Shown here one piece after another: positions 13,621 through 27,300 of a stretch of DNA of 64,000 bases. Both the position numbers and the translations under genes were made by a program. Source of the DNA: Eledone cirrhosa (lineage: Eukaryota); assembly GCA_964016885.1 (NCBI GenBank), contig OZ024741.1, positions 211,854,001-211,918,000 of the forward strand. The letters are read 5' to 3'. The notes beneath the pieces are model-generated. The model made no database searches. It saw only the letters and a list, made by a program, of their open reading frames with translations, and was not told where the DNA came from. Position 1 is the first letter of the stretch. The number at the start of each line of letters is the position of its first letter.

Positions 13621-15249
13621 TTGTTATTGTTGTTGATGTTGTCATTGTTGTTGATGTTGTCATTGTTGTTGATGTTGTCATTATTGTTGATGTTGTTATT
13701 GTTGTTGATGTTGTTATTGTTGTTGATGTTGTCATTGTTGTTGATGTTTTCATTCTTGTTGATGTTGTTATTGTTGTTGATGTTGTTATTGTTGTTGGTG
13801 TTGTCATTGTTGTTGATGTTGTTATTGTTGTTGATGTTGTTATTGTTGTTGATGTTGTTATTGTTGTTGATGTTGTCATTGTTGTTGATGTTGTTATTGT
13901 TGTTGATGTTGTTATTGTTGTTGATGTTGTTATTGTTGTTGATGTTGTCATTGTTGTTGATGTTGTTATTGTTGTTGATGTTGTCATTGTTGTTGATGTT
14001 GTTGGTGTTGTCATTGTTGTTGATGTTGTTATTGTTGTTGATGTTGTTATTGTTGTTGATGTTGTCATTGTTGATGATGTTGTCATTGTTGTTGATGTTG
14101 TCATTGTTGTTGATGTTGTCATTGTTGCTGATGTTGTTATTGTTGTTGGTGTTGTCATTGTTGTTGATGATGTTATTGTTGTTGATGTTGTTATTGTTGT
14201 TGATGTTGTCATTGTTGTTGATGTTGTCATTGTTGTTGATGTTGTTATTGTTGTTGATGTTGTTATTGTTGTTGATGTTGTTATTGTTGTTGATGTTGTC
14301 ATTGTTGTTGATGTTGTTATTGTTGTTGATGTTGTTATTGTTTTTGATGTCATTGTTGTTGATGTTGTTATTATTGTTGATGTTGTTATTGTTGTTGATG
14401 TTGTTATTGTTGTTGATGTTGTTATTGTTATTCATGTTGTTATTATGGTTGATGTTGTTATTGTTGATGATGTTGTTATTGTTGTTGATGTTATTATTGT
14501 TGTTGATGTTGTCATTGTTGTTGATGTTGTCATTGTTGTTGATGTTTTCATTGTTGTTCATGTTGTTATTGTTGTTGATGTTGTTATTGTTGTTGATGTT
14601 GTCATTGTTGTTGATGTTGTTATTGTTGTTGATGTTGTTATTGTTGTTGATGTTGTTATTGTTATTGATGTTGTTATTGTTGTTGAGGTTGTCATTGTTG
14701 TTGATGTTGTTATTGCTGTTGATGTTGTTATTGTTGTTGATGTTGTTATTGTTGTTGTCATTGTTGTTGATGTTGAAATTGTTGTTGGTGTTGTCATTGT
14801 TGTTGGTGTTGTCATTGTTGTTGATGTTGTTATTGTTGTTGATGTTGTCATTGTTGTTGATGTTGTTATTTTTGTTGATGTTGTTATCGTTGTTGATGTT
14901 GTTATTGTTGTTGATGTTGTTATTGTTGTTGATGTTGTTATTGTTGATGTTGTTATTGCTGTTGATGTTGTCATTGTTGTTGATGTTGTTATTGTCGTTG
15001 ATGTTGTCATTGTTGTTGATGTTGTCATTGTTGTTGATGTTTTCATTGTTGTTGATGTTGTTATTGTTGTTGATGTTCTTATTGTTGTTGATGTTGTTAT
15101 TGTTGTTGATGTTGTTATTGTTGTTGATGTTGTCATTGTTGTTGATGTTGTTATTGGTGTTGATGTTGTTATTGTTGTTGATGTTGTCATTGTTGTTGAT
15201 GTTGTTATTGTTGTTGATGTTGTTATTGTTGTTGATTTTGTTATCGTCG

Positions 15250-18200
15250 TTGATGTTGTTATAGTTGTTGATGTTGTCATTGTTGTTGATGTTGTTATTG
15301 TTGTTGATGTTGTTATTGTTGTTGATGCTGTTATTGTTGTTGATGTTGTTATTGTTGTTGATGTTGTTATTGTTGTTGATGTTGTTATCGTTGTTGATGT
15401 TGTTATTGTTGTTGATGTTGTTATTGTTGTTGATGTTGTTATTGTTGATGTTGTTATTGCTGTTGATGTTGTCATTGTTGTTGATGTTGTTATAGTCGTT
15501 GATGTTGTCATTGTTGTTGATGTTGTCATTCTTGTTGATGTTGTTATTGTTGTTGATGTTGTTATAGTCGTTGATGTTGTCATTGTTGTTGATGTTGTTA
15601 TAGTCGTTGATGTTGTCATTGTTGTTGATGTTGTCATTCGTGTTGATGTTGTCATTGTTGTTGATGTTGTCATTCTTGTTGATGTTGTTATTGTTGTTGA
15701 TGTTGTTATTGTTGTTGATGTTGTTATTGTTGTTGATGTTGTCATCGTTGTTGATGTTGTCATTGTTGTTCATGTTGTCATTATTGTTGATGTTGTTATT
15801 GTTGTTGATGTTGTTATTGTTGTTGATGTTGTCATTGTTGTTGATGTTTTCATTGTTGTTGATGTTGTTATTGTTGTTGATGTTGTCATTGTCGTTGATG
15901 TTGTTATTGTTGTTGATGTTGTCATTGTTGTTGATGTTGTTATTGTTGTTGGTGTTGTCATTGTTGTTGATGTTGTTATTGTTGTTGATGTTGTCATCGT
16001 TGTTGATGTTGTCATTGTTGTTGATGTTGTTATTGTTGTTGATGTTGTCATTGTTGTTGATGTTGTTATTGTTGGTGATGTTGTTATTGTTGATGTTGTT
16101 CTTGTTGTTGATGTTGTCATTGTTGTTGATGTTGTCATTGTTGTTGATGTTGTTATTGTTGTTGATGTTGTCATTGTTGTTGATGTTGTTATTGTTGTTG
16201 ACGTTGTTATTGTTGATGTTGTTATTGTTGTTGATGTTTTCATTGTTGTTGATGTTGATATCGTTGTTGATGTTGTTATTGTTGATGTTGTTATTGTTGT
16301 TGATGTTGTTATTGTTGTTGATGTTTTTATTGTTGTTGATGTTGTCATTGTTGTTGATGTTGTCATTGTTGTTGATGTTGTCATTGCTGTTGATGTTGTT
16401 ATTGTTGTTGATGTTGTCATTGTTGTTGATGTTGTTATTGTTGGTGATGTTGTTATTGTTGATGTTGTTATTGTTGTTGATGTTGTCATTGTTGTTGATG
16501 TTGTTCTTGTTGTTGATGTTGTCATTGTTGTTGATGTTGTCATTGTTGTTGATGTTGTTATTGTTGTTGATGTTGTCATTGTTGTTGATGTTGTTATTGT
16601 TGTTGATGTTGTTATTGTTGATGTTGTTATTGTTGTTGATGTTATCATTGTTGTTGTTGTTGATATCGTTGTTGATGTTGTCATTGTTGTTGATGTTGTC
16701 ATTGCTGTTGATGTTGTTATTGTTGTTGATGTTGTCATTGTTGTTGATGTTGTTATTGTTGTTGATGTTGTTATTGTTGTTGATGTTGTTATTGTTGTTG
16801 TCATTGTTGTTGATGTTGTCATTGTTGTTGGTGTTGTCATTGTTGCTGGTGTTGTCATTGTTGTTGATGTTGTTATTGTTGTTGATGTTGTCATTGTCGT
16901 TGATATTGTTATTGTTGTTGATTTTGTTATTGTTGTTGATGTTGTTATTGTTGTTGATGTTGTTATTGTTGTTGATGTTGTCATTGTTGTTGATGTTGTT
17001 ATTGGTGTTCATGTTGTTATTGTTGTTGATGTTGTCATTGTTGTTGATGTTGTTATTGTTGTTGATGTTGTTATTGTTGTTGATGTTGTTATCGTCGTTG
17101 ATGTTGTTATTGTTGTTGATGTTGTCATTGTTGTTGATGTTTTCATTGTTGTTGATGTTGTTATTGTTGTTGATGTTGTTATTGTTGTTGGTGTTGTCAT
17201 TGTTGTTGATGTTGTTATTGTTGTTGATGTTGTTATTGTTGTTGATGTTGTTATTGTTGTTGATGTTGTCATTGTTGTTGATGTTGTTATTGTTGTTGAT
17301 GTTGTTATTGTTGTTGATGTTGTTATTGTTGTTGATGTTGTCATTGTTGTTGATGTTGTTATTGTTGTTGATGTTGTTATTGTTGTTGATGTTGTTATTG
17401 TTGTTGATGTTGTCATTGTTGTTGATGTTGTTATTGTTGTTGATGTTGTCATTGTTGTTGATGTTGTTGGTGTTGTCATTGTTGTTGATGTTGTTATTGT
17501 TGTTGATGTTGTTATTGTTGTTGATGTTGTCATTGTTGTTGATGTTGTCATTGTTGTTGATGTTGTTATTGTTGTTGATGTTGTCATTGTTGCTGATGTT
17601 GTTATTGTTGTTGGTGTTGTCATTGTTGTTGATGATGTTATTGTTGTTGATGTTGTTATTGTTGTTGATGTTGTCATTGTTGTTGATGTTGTCATTGTTG
17701 TTGATGTTGTTATTGTTGTTGATGTTGTTATTGTTGTTGATGTTGTTATTGTTGTTGATGTTGTCACTGTTGTTGATGTTGTTATTGTTGTTGATGATGT
17801 TATTGTTGTTGATGTTGTCATTGTTGTTGATGTTGTTATTATTGTTGATATTGTTATTGTTGTTGATGTTGTTATTGTTGTTGATGTTGTTATTGTTATT
17901 CATGTTGTTATTGTGGTTGATGTTGTTATAGTTGTTGATGTTGTCATTGTTGTTGATGTTGTTATTGTTGTTGATGTTGTTATTGTTGTTGATGCTGTTA
18001 TTGTTGTTGATGTTGTTATTGTTGTTGATGTTGTTATTGTTGTTGATGTTGTTATCGTTGTTGATGTTGTTATTGTTGTTGATGTTGTTATTGTTGTTGA
18101 TGTTGTTATTGTTGATGTTGTTATTGCTGTTGATGTTGTCATTGTTGTTGATGTTGTTATAGTCGTTGATGTTGTCATTGTTGTTGATGTTGTCATTCTT

Positions 18201-20596
18201 GTTGATGTTGTTATTGTTGTTGATGTTGTTATAGTCGTTGATGTTGCCATTGTTGTTGATGTTGTTATAGTCGTTGATGTTGTCATTGTTGTTGATGTTG
18301 TCATTCGTGTTGATGTTGTCATTGTTGTTGATGTTGTCATTCTTGTTGATGTTGTTATTGTTGTTGATGTTGTTATTGTTGTTGATGTTGTTATTGTTGT
18401 TGATGTTGTCATCGTTGTTGATGTTGTCATTGTTGTTCATGTTGTCATTATTGTTGATGTTGTTATTGTTGTTGATGTTGTTATTGTTGTTGATGTTGTC
18501 ATTGTTGTTGATGTTTTCATTGTTGTTGATGTTGTTATTGTTGTTGATGTTGTCATTGTCGTTGATGTTGTTATTGTTGTTGATGTTGTCATTGTTGTTG
18601 ATGTTGTTATTGTTGTTGGTGTTGTCATTGTTGTTGATGTTGTTATTGTTGTTGATGTTGTCATCGTTGTTGATGTTGTCATTGTTGTTGATGTTGTTAT
18701 TGTTGTTGATGTTGTCATTGTTGTTGATGTTGTTATTGTTGGTGATGTTGTTATTGTTGATGTTGTTCTTGTTGTTGATGTTGTCATTGTTGTTGATGTT
18801 GTCATTGTTGTTGATGTTGTTATTGTTGTTGATGTTGTCATTGTTGTTGATGTTGTTATTGTTGTTGACGTTGTTATTGTTGATGTTGTTATTGTTGTTG
18901 ATGTTTTCATTGTTGTTGATGTTGATATCGTTGTTGATGTTGTTATTGTTGATGTTGTTATTGTTGTTGATGTTGTTATTGTTGTTGATGTTTTTATTGT
19001 TGTTGATGTTGTCATTGTTGTTGATGTTGTCATTGTTGTTGATGTTGTCATTGCTGTTGATGTTGTTATTGTTGTTGATGTTGTCATTGTTGTTGATGTT
19101 GTTATTGTTGGTGATGTTGTTATTGTTGATGTTGTTATTGTTGTTGATGTTGTCATTGTTGTTGATGTTGTTCTTGTTGTTGATGTTGTCATTGTTGTTG
19201 ATGTTGTCATTGTTGTTGATGTTGTTATTGTTGTTGATGTTGTCATTGTTGTTGATGTTGTTATTGTTGTTGATGTTGTTATTGTTGATGTTGTTATTGT
19301 TGTTGATGTTATCATTGTTGTTGTTGTTGATATCGTTGTTGATGTTGTCATTGTTGTTGATGTTGTCATTGCTGTTGATGTTGTTATTGTTGTTGATGTT
19401 GTCATTGTTGTTGATGTTGTTATTGTTGTTGATGTTGTTATTGTTGTTGATGTTGTTATTGTTGTTGTCATTGTTGTTGATGTTGTCATTGTTGTTGGTG
19501 TTGTCATTGTTGCTGGTGTTGTCATTGTTGTTGATGTTGTTATTGTTGTTGATGTTGTCATTGTCGTTGATATTGTTATTGTTGTTGATTTTGTTATTGT
19601 TGTTGATGTTGTTATTGTTGTTGATGTTGTTATTGTTGTTGATGTTGTCATTGTTGTTGATGTTGTTATTGGTGTTCATGTTGTTATTGTTGTTGATGTT
19701 GTCATTGTTGTTGATGTTGTTATTGTTGTTGATGTTGTTATTGTTGTTGATGTTGTTATCGTCGTTGATGTTGTTATTGTTGTTGATGTTGTCATTGTTG
19801 TTGATGTTTTCATTGTTGTTGATGTTGTTATTGTTGTTGATGTTGTTATTGTTGTTGGTGTTGTCATTGTTGTTGATGTTGTTATTGTTGTTGATGTTGT
19901 TATTGTTGTTGATGTTGTTATTGTTGTTGATGTTGTCATTGTTGTTGATGTTGTTATTGTTGTTGATGTTGTTATTGTTGTTGATGTTGTTATTGTTGTT
20001 GATGTTGTCATTGTTGTTGATGTTGTTATTGTTGTTGATGTTGTTATTGTTGTTGATGTTGTTATTGTTGTTGATGTTGTCATTGTTGTTGATGTTGTTA
20101 TTGTTGTTGATGTTGTCATTGTTGTTGATGTTGTTGGTGTTGTCATTGTTGTTGATGTTGTTATTGTTGTTGATGTTGTTATTGTTGTTGATGTTGTCAT
20201 TGTTGTTGATGTTGTCATTGTTGTTGATGTTGTTATTGTTGTTGATGTTGTCATTGTTGCTGATGTTGTTATTGTTGTTGGTGTTGTCATTGTTGTTGAT
20301 GATGTTATTGTTGTTGATGTTGTTATTGTTGTTGATGTTGTCATTGTTGTTGATGTTGTCATTGTTGTTGATGTTGTTATTGTTGTTGATGTTGTTATTG
20401 TTGTTGATGTTGTTATTGTTGTTGATGTTGTCACTGTTGTTGATGTTGTTATTGTTGTTGATGATGTTATTGTTGTTGATGTTGTCATTGTTGTTGATGT
20501 TGTTATTATTGTTGATGTTGTTATTGTTGTTGATGTTGTTATTGTTGTTGATGTTGTTATTGTTATTCATGTTGTTATTGTGGTTGATGTTGTTAT
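15250..20596. repeat. Tandem higher-order duplication, period 2667 bp
   Basis: ORF coordinates repeat at +2667 (15265/17932, 15607/18274, 15770/18437, 17009/19676) with matching translations. Shared rare variants ATTCGT, GAC and GTCACT. At least one difference (T15580 vs C18247). Confidence 0.9.
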
Positions 20597-20946
20597 TGTT
20601 GATGATGTTGTTATTGTTGTTGATGTTATTATTGTTGTTGATGTTGTCATTGTTGTTGATGTCATTGTTGTTGATGTTTTCATTGTTGTTGATGTTGTTA
20701 TTGTTGTTGATGTTGTTATTGTTGTTGATGTTGTCATTGTTGTTGATGTTGTTATTGTTGTTGATGTTGTTATTGTTGTTGATGTTGTTATTGTTATTGA
20801 TGTTGTTATTGTTGTTGAGGTTGTCATTGTTGTTGATGTTGTTATTGTTGTTGATGTTGTTATTGTTGTTGATGTTGTTATTGTTGTTGTCATTGTTGTT
20901 GATGTTGTCATTGTTGTTGGTGTTGTCATTGTTGTTGGTGTTGTCA

Positions 20947-20980
<34 letters not shown>

Positions 20981-23900
20981 CATTGTTGTTGATGTTGTTA
21001 TTGTTGTTGATGTTGTTATCGTTGATGATGTTGCTATTGTTGTTGATGTTGTTATTGTTGTTGATGTTGTTATTGTTGATGTTGTTATTGCTGTTGATGT
21101 TGTCATTGTTGTTGATGTTGTTATTGTCGTTGATGTTGTCATTGTTGTTGATGTTGTCATTGTTGTTGATGTTGTTATTGTTGTTGATGTTCTTATTGTT
21201 GTTGATGTTGTTATTGTTGTTGATGTTGTTATTGTTGTTGATGTTGTCATTGTTGTTGATGTTGTTATTGGTGTTGATGTTGTTATTGTTGTTGATGTTG
21301 TCATTGTTGTTGATGTTGTTATTGTTGTTGATGTTGTTATTGTTGTTGATTTTGTTATCGTAGTTGATGTTGTTATAGTTGTTGATGTTGTCATTGTTGT
21401 TGATGTTGTTATCGTTGTTGATGTTGTTATTGTTGTTGATGTTGTTATTGTTGTTGATGTTGTTATTGTTGTTGATGTTGTTATTGTTGTTGATGTTGTC
21501 ATTGTTGTTGATGTTGTTATTGTTGTTGATGTTGTCATTCTTGTTGATGTTGTCATTGTTGTTGGTGTTGTCATTGTTGTTGATGTTGTTATTGTTTATG
21601 ATATTGTAATTGTTGTTGATGTTGTCATTGTTGTTGATGTTGTTATTGTTGTTGATGTTGTTATTGTTGTTGATGTTGTCATTGTTGTTGATGTTGTCAT
21701 TGTTGTTGATGTTGTTATTGTTGTTGATGTTGTCATTGTTGTTGATGTTGTTATTGTTGTTGATGTTGTTATTGTTGTTGATGTTGTCATTGTTGTTGAT
21801 GTTGTTATTATTGTTGATGTTGTTATTGTTATTGATGTTGTTATTGTTGTTGATGTTGTTATTGTTGTTGATGTTGTTATTGTGGTTGATGGTGTTATTG
21901 TTGATGTTGTTATTGTTGTTGATGTTGTCATTGTTGTTGATGTTGTTATCGTTGTTGATGTTGTTATTGTTGATGTTGTTATTGTTGTTGATGTTGTTAT
22001 TGTTGTTGATGTTGTCATTGTTGTTGATGTTGTCATTGTTGTTGATGTTTTCATTGTTGTTGATGTTGTTATTGTTGTTGATGTTGTTATTGTTGTTGAT
22101 GTTGTCATTGTTGTTGGTGTTTTCATTGTTGTCGATGTTGTTATTGTTGTTGATGTTGTTATTGTTGTTGGTTTTGTCATTGTTGTTGATGTTGTTATTG
22201 TTGTTGATGTTGTTATTGTTGTTGATGTTGTCATTGTTGTTGTTGTTGTTATTTTTGTTGGTGTTGTCATTGTTGTTGATGTTGTTATTGTTGTTGATGT
22301 TGTCATTGTTGTTGATGTTGTTATTGTTGTTGATGTTGTTATTGTTGGTGATGTTGTTATTGTTGATGTTGTTATTGTTGTTGATGTTGTCATTGTTGTT
22401 GATGTTGTTATTTTTGTTGGTGTTGTCATTGTTGTTGATGTTGTTATTGTTGTTGATGTTGTCATTGTTGTTGATGTTGATATCGTTGTTGATGTTGTTA
22501 TTGTTGATGTTGTTATTGTTGTTGATGTTGTTATTGTTGTTGATGTTGTTATTGTTGTTGATGTTGTCATTGTTGTTGATGTTGTCATTGTTGTTGATGT
22601 TGTCATTGTTGTTGATGTTGTTATTGTTGTTGATGTTGTCATTGTTGTTGATGTTGTCATTGTTGTTGATGTTTTCATTGTTGTTGATGTTGTTATTGTT
22701 GTTGATGTTGTCATTGTTGTTGATGTTGTCATTGTTGTTGATGTTGTTATTGTTGTTGATGTTGTCATTGTTGTTGATGTTGTTGGTGTTGTCATTGTTG
22801 TTGATGTTGTTATTGTTGTTGATGTTGTTATTGTTGTTGATGTTGTCATTGTTGTTGATGTTGTTATTGTTGTTGATGTTGTTATTGTTGTTCATGTTGT
22901 TATTGTTGTTGATGTTGTTATTGTTGTTGATGTTGTCATTGTTGTTGATGTTGTCATTGTTGTTCATGTTGTCATTATTGTTGATGTTGTTATTGTTGTT
23001 GATGTTGTTATTGTTGTTGATGTTGTCATTGTTGTTGATGTTTTCATTGTTGTTGATGTTGTTATTGTTGTTGATGTTGTTATTGTTGTTGGTGTTGTCA
23101 TTGTTGTTGATGTTGTTATTGTTGTTGATGTTGTTATTGTTGTTGATGTTGTTATTGTTGTTGATGTTGTTATTGTTGTTGATGTTGTCATTGTTGTTGA
23201 TGTTGTTATTGTTGTTGATGTTGTCATTCTTGTTGATGTTGTCATTGTTGTTGGTGTTGTCATTGTTGTTGATGTTGTTATTGTTTATGATATTGTTATT
23301 GTTGTTGATGTTGTCATTGTTGTTGATGTTGTTATTGTTGTTGATGTTGTTATTGTTGTTGATGTTGTCATTGTTGTTGATGTTGTCATTGTTGTTGATG
23401 TTGTTATTGTTGTTGATGTTGTCATTGTTGTTGATGTTGTTATTGTTGTTGATGTTGTTATTGTTGTTGATGTTGTCATTGTTGTTGATGTTGTTATTGT
23501 TGTTGATGTTGTCATTGTTGTTGATGTTGTTGGTGTTGTCATTGTTGTTGATGTTGTTATTGTTGTTGATGTTATTATTGTTGTTGATGTTGTCATTGTT
23601 GTTGATGTTGTTATTGTTGTTGATGTTGTTATTGTTGTTCATGTTGTTATTGTTGTTGATGTTGTTATTGTTGTTGATGTTGTCATTGTTGTTGATGTTG
23701 TCATTGTTGTTCATGTTGTCATTATTGTTGATGTTGTTATTGTTGTTGATGTTGTTATTGTTGTTGATGTTGTCATTGTTGTTGATGTTTTCATTGTTGT
23801 TGATGTTGTTATTGTTGTTGATGTTGTTATTGTTGTTGGTGTTGTCATTGTTGTTGATGTTGTTATTGTTGTTGATGTTGTTATTGTTGTTGATGTTGTT

Positions 23901-24329
23901 ATTGTTGTTGATGTTGTTATTGTTGTTGATGTTGTTATTGTTGTTGATGTTGTCATTGTTGTTGATGTTGTTATTGTTGTTGATGTTGTCATTCTTGTTG
24001 ATGTTGTCATTGTTGTTGGTGTTGTCATTATTGTTGATGTTGTTATTGTTTATGATATTGTTATTGTTGTTGATGTTGTCATTGTTGTTGATGTTGTTAT
24101 TGTTGTTGATGTTGTTATTGTTGTTGATGTTGACATTGTTGTTGATGTTGTCATTGTTGTTGATGTTGTTATTGTTGTTGATGTTGTCATTGTTGTTGAT
24201 GTTGTTATTGTTGTTGATGTTGTTATTGTTGTTGATGTTGTCATTGTTGTTGATGTTTTTATTATTGTTGATGTTGTTATTGTTGTTGATGTTGTTATTG
24301 TTGTTGATGTTGTTATTGTTGTTGATGTT

Positions 24330-27300
24330 GTTATTGTGGTTGATGTTGTTATTGTTGATGTTGTTATTGTTGTTGATGTTGTCATTGTTGTTGATGTTGT
24401 TATCGTTGTTGATGTTGTTATTGTTGATGTTGTTATTGTTGTTGATGTTGTTATTGTTGTTGATGTTGTCATTGTTGTTGATGTTGTCATTGTTGTTGAT
24501 GTTTTCATTGTTGTTGATGTTGTTATTGTTGTTGATGTTGTTATTGTTGTTGATGTTGTCATTGTTGTTGGTGTTTTCATTGTTGTCGATGTTGTTATTG
24601 TTGTTGATGTTGTTATTGTTGTTGGTGTTGTCATTGTTGTTGATGCTGTTATTGTTGTTGATGTTGTTATTGTTGTTGATGTTGTCATTGTTGTTGATGT
24701 TTTTATTTTTGTTGGTGTTCTCATTGTTGTTGATGTTGTTATTGTTGTTGATGTTGTCATTGTTGTTGATGTTGTTATTGTTGTTGATGTTGTTATTGTT
24801 GGTGATGTTGTTATTGTTGATGTTGTTATTGTTGTTGATGTTGTCATTGTTGTTGATGTTGTTCTTGTTGTTGATGTTGTCATTGTTGTTGATGTTGTCA
24901 TTGTTGTTGATGTTGTTATTGTTGTTGATGTTGTCATTGTTATTGATGTTGTTATTGTTGTTGATGTTGTTATTGTTGATGTTGTTATTGTTGTTGATGT
25001 TATCATTGTTGTTAATGTTGATATCGTTGTTGATGTTGTTATTGTTGATGTTGTTATTGTTGTTGATGTTGTTATTGTTGTTGATGTTGTTATTGTTGTT
25101 GATGTTGTCATTGTTGTTGATGTTGTCATTGTTGTTGATGTTGTCATTGTTGTTGATGTTGTTATTGTTGTTGATGTTGTCATTGTTGTTGATGTTGTCA
25201 TTGTTGTTGATGTTTTCATTGTTGTTGATGTTGTCATTGTTGTTGATGTTGTTATTGTTGTTGATGTTGTCATTGTTGTTGATGTTGTCATTGTTGTTGA
25301 TGTTGTTATTGTTGTTGATGTTGATATTGTTGTTGATGTTGTTATTGTTGTTGTCATTGTTGTTGATGTTGTCATTGTTGTTGGTGTTGTCATTGTTGTT
25401 GGTGTTGTCATTGTTGTTGATGTTGTTATTGTTGTTGATGTTGTCATTGTTGTTGATGTTGTTATTGTTGTTGATGTTGATATTGTTGTTGGTGTTGTCA
25501 TTGTTGTTGATGTTGTTATTGTTGTTGATGTTGTTATTGTTGTTGATGTTGTTATTGTTGTTGATGTTGTCATTGTTGTTGATGTTGTTATTGTTGTTGA
25601 TGTTGTTATTGTTGTTGATGTTGTTATTGTTGATGTTGTTTTTGCTGTTGATGTTGTCATTGTTGTTGATGTTGTTATTGTCGTTGATGTTGTCATTGTT
25701 GTTGATGTTGTCATTGTTGTTGATGTTGTTATTGTTGTTGATGTTGTTATTGTTGTTGATGTTGTCATTGTTGTTGATGTTGTCATTGTTGTTGATGTTG
25801 TCATTATTGTTGATGTTGTTATTGTTGTTGATGTTGTTATTGTTGTTGATGTTGTCATTGTTGTTGATGTTTTCATTCTTGTTGATGTTGTTATTGTTGT
25901 TGATGTTGTTATTGTTGTTGGTGTTGTCATTGTTGTTGATGTTGTTATTGTTGTTGATGTTGTTATTGTTGTTGATGTTGTTATTGTTGTTGATGTTGTC
26001 ATTGTTGTTGATGTTGTTATTGCTGTTGATGTTGTTATTGTTGTTGATGTTGTCATTGTTGTTGATGTTGTCATTGTTGTTGATGTTGTTATTGTTGTTG
26101 ATGTTGTCATTGTTGTTGATGTTGTTGGTGTTGTCATTGTTGTTGATGTTGTTATTGTTGTTGATGTTGTTATTGTTGTTGATGTTGTCATTGTTGTTGA
26201 TGTTGTTATTGTTGTTGATGTTGTTATTGTTGTTCATGTTGTTATTGTTGTTGATGTTGTTATTGTTGTTGATGTTGTCATTGTTGTTGATGTTGTCATT
26301 GTTGTTCATGTTGTCATTATTGTTGATGTTGTTATTGTTGTTGATGTTGTTATTGTTGTTGATGTTGTCATTGTTGTTGATGTTTTCATTGTTGTTGATG
26401 TTGTTATTGTTGTTGATGTTGTTATTGTTGTTGGTGTTGTCATTGTTGTTGATGTTGTTATTGTTGTTGATGTTGTTATTGTTGTTGATGTTGTTATTGT
26501 TGTTGATGTTGTTATTGTTGTTGATGTTGTCATTGTTGTTGATGTTGTTATTGTTGTTGATGTTGTCATTCTTGTTGATGTTGTCATTGTTGTTGGTGTT
26601 GTCATTGTTGTTGATGTTGTTATTGTTTATGATATTGTTATTGTTGTTGATGTTGTCATTGTTGTTGATGTTGTTATTGTTGTTGATGTTGTTATTGTTG
26701 TTGATGTTGTCATTGTTGTTGATGTTGTCATTGTTGTTGATGTTGTTATTGTTGTTGATGTTGTCATTGTTGTTGATGTTGTTATTGTTGTTGATGTTGT
26801 TATTGTTGTTGATGTTGTCATTGTTGTTGATGTTGTTATTATTGTTGATGTTGTTATTGTTGTTGATGTTGTTATTGTTGTTGATGTTGTTATTGTTGTT
26901 GATGTTGTTATTGTGGTTGATGTTGTTATTGTTGATGTTGTTATTGTTGTTGATGTTGTCATTGTTGTTGATGTTGTTATCGTTGTTGATGTTGTTATTG
27001 TTGATGTTGTTATTGTTGTTGATGTTGTTATTGTTGTTGATGTTGTCATTGTTGTTGATGTTGTCATTGTTGTTGATGTTTTCATTGTTGTTGATGTTGT
27101 TATTGTTGTTGATGTTGTTATTGTTGTTGATGTTGTCATTGTTGTTGGTGTTTTCATTGTTGTCGATGTTGTTATTGTTGTTGATGTTGTTATTGTTGTT
27201 GGTGTTGTCATTGTTGTTGATGTTGTTATTGTTGTTGATGTTGTTATTGTTGTTGATGTTGTCATTGTTGTTGATGTTTTTATTTTTGTTGGTGTTCTCA

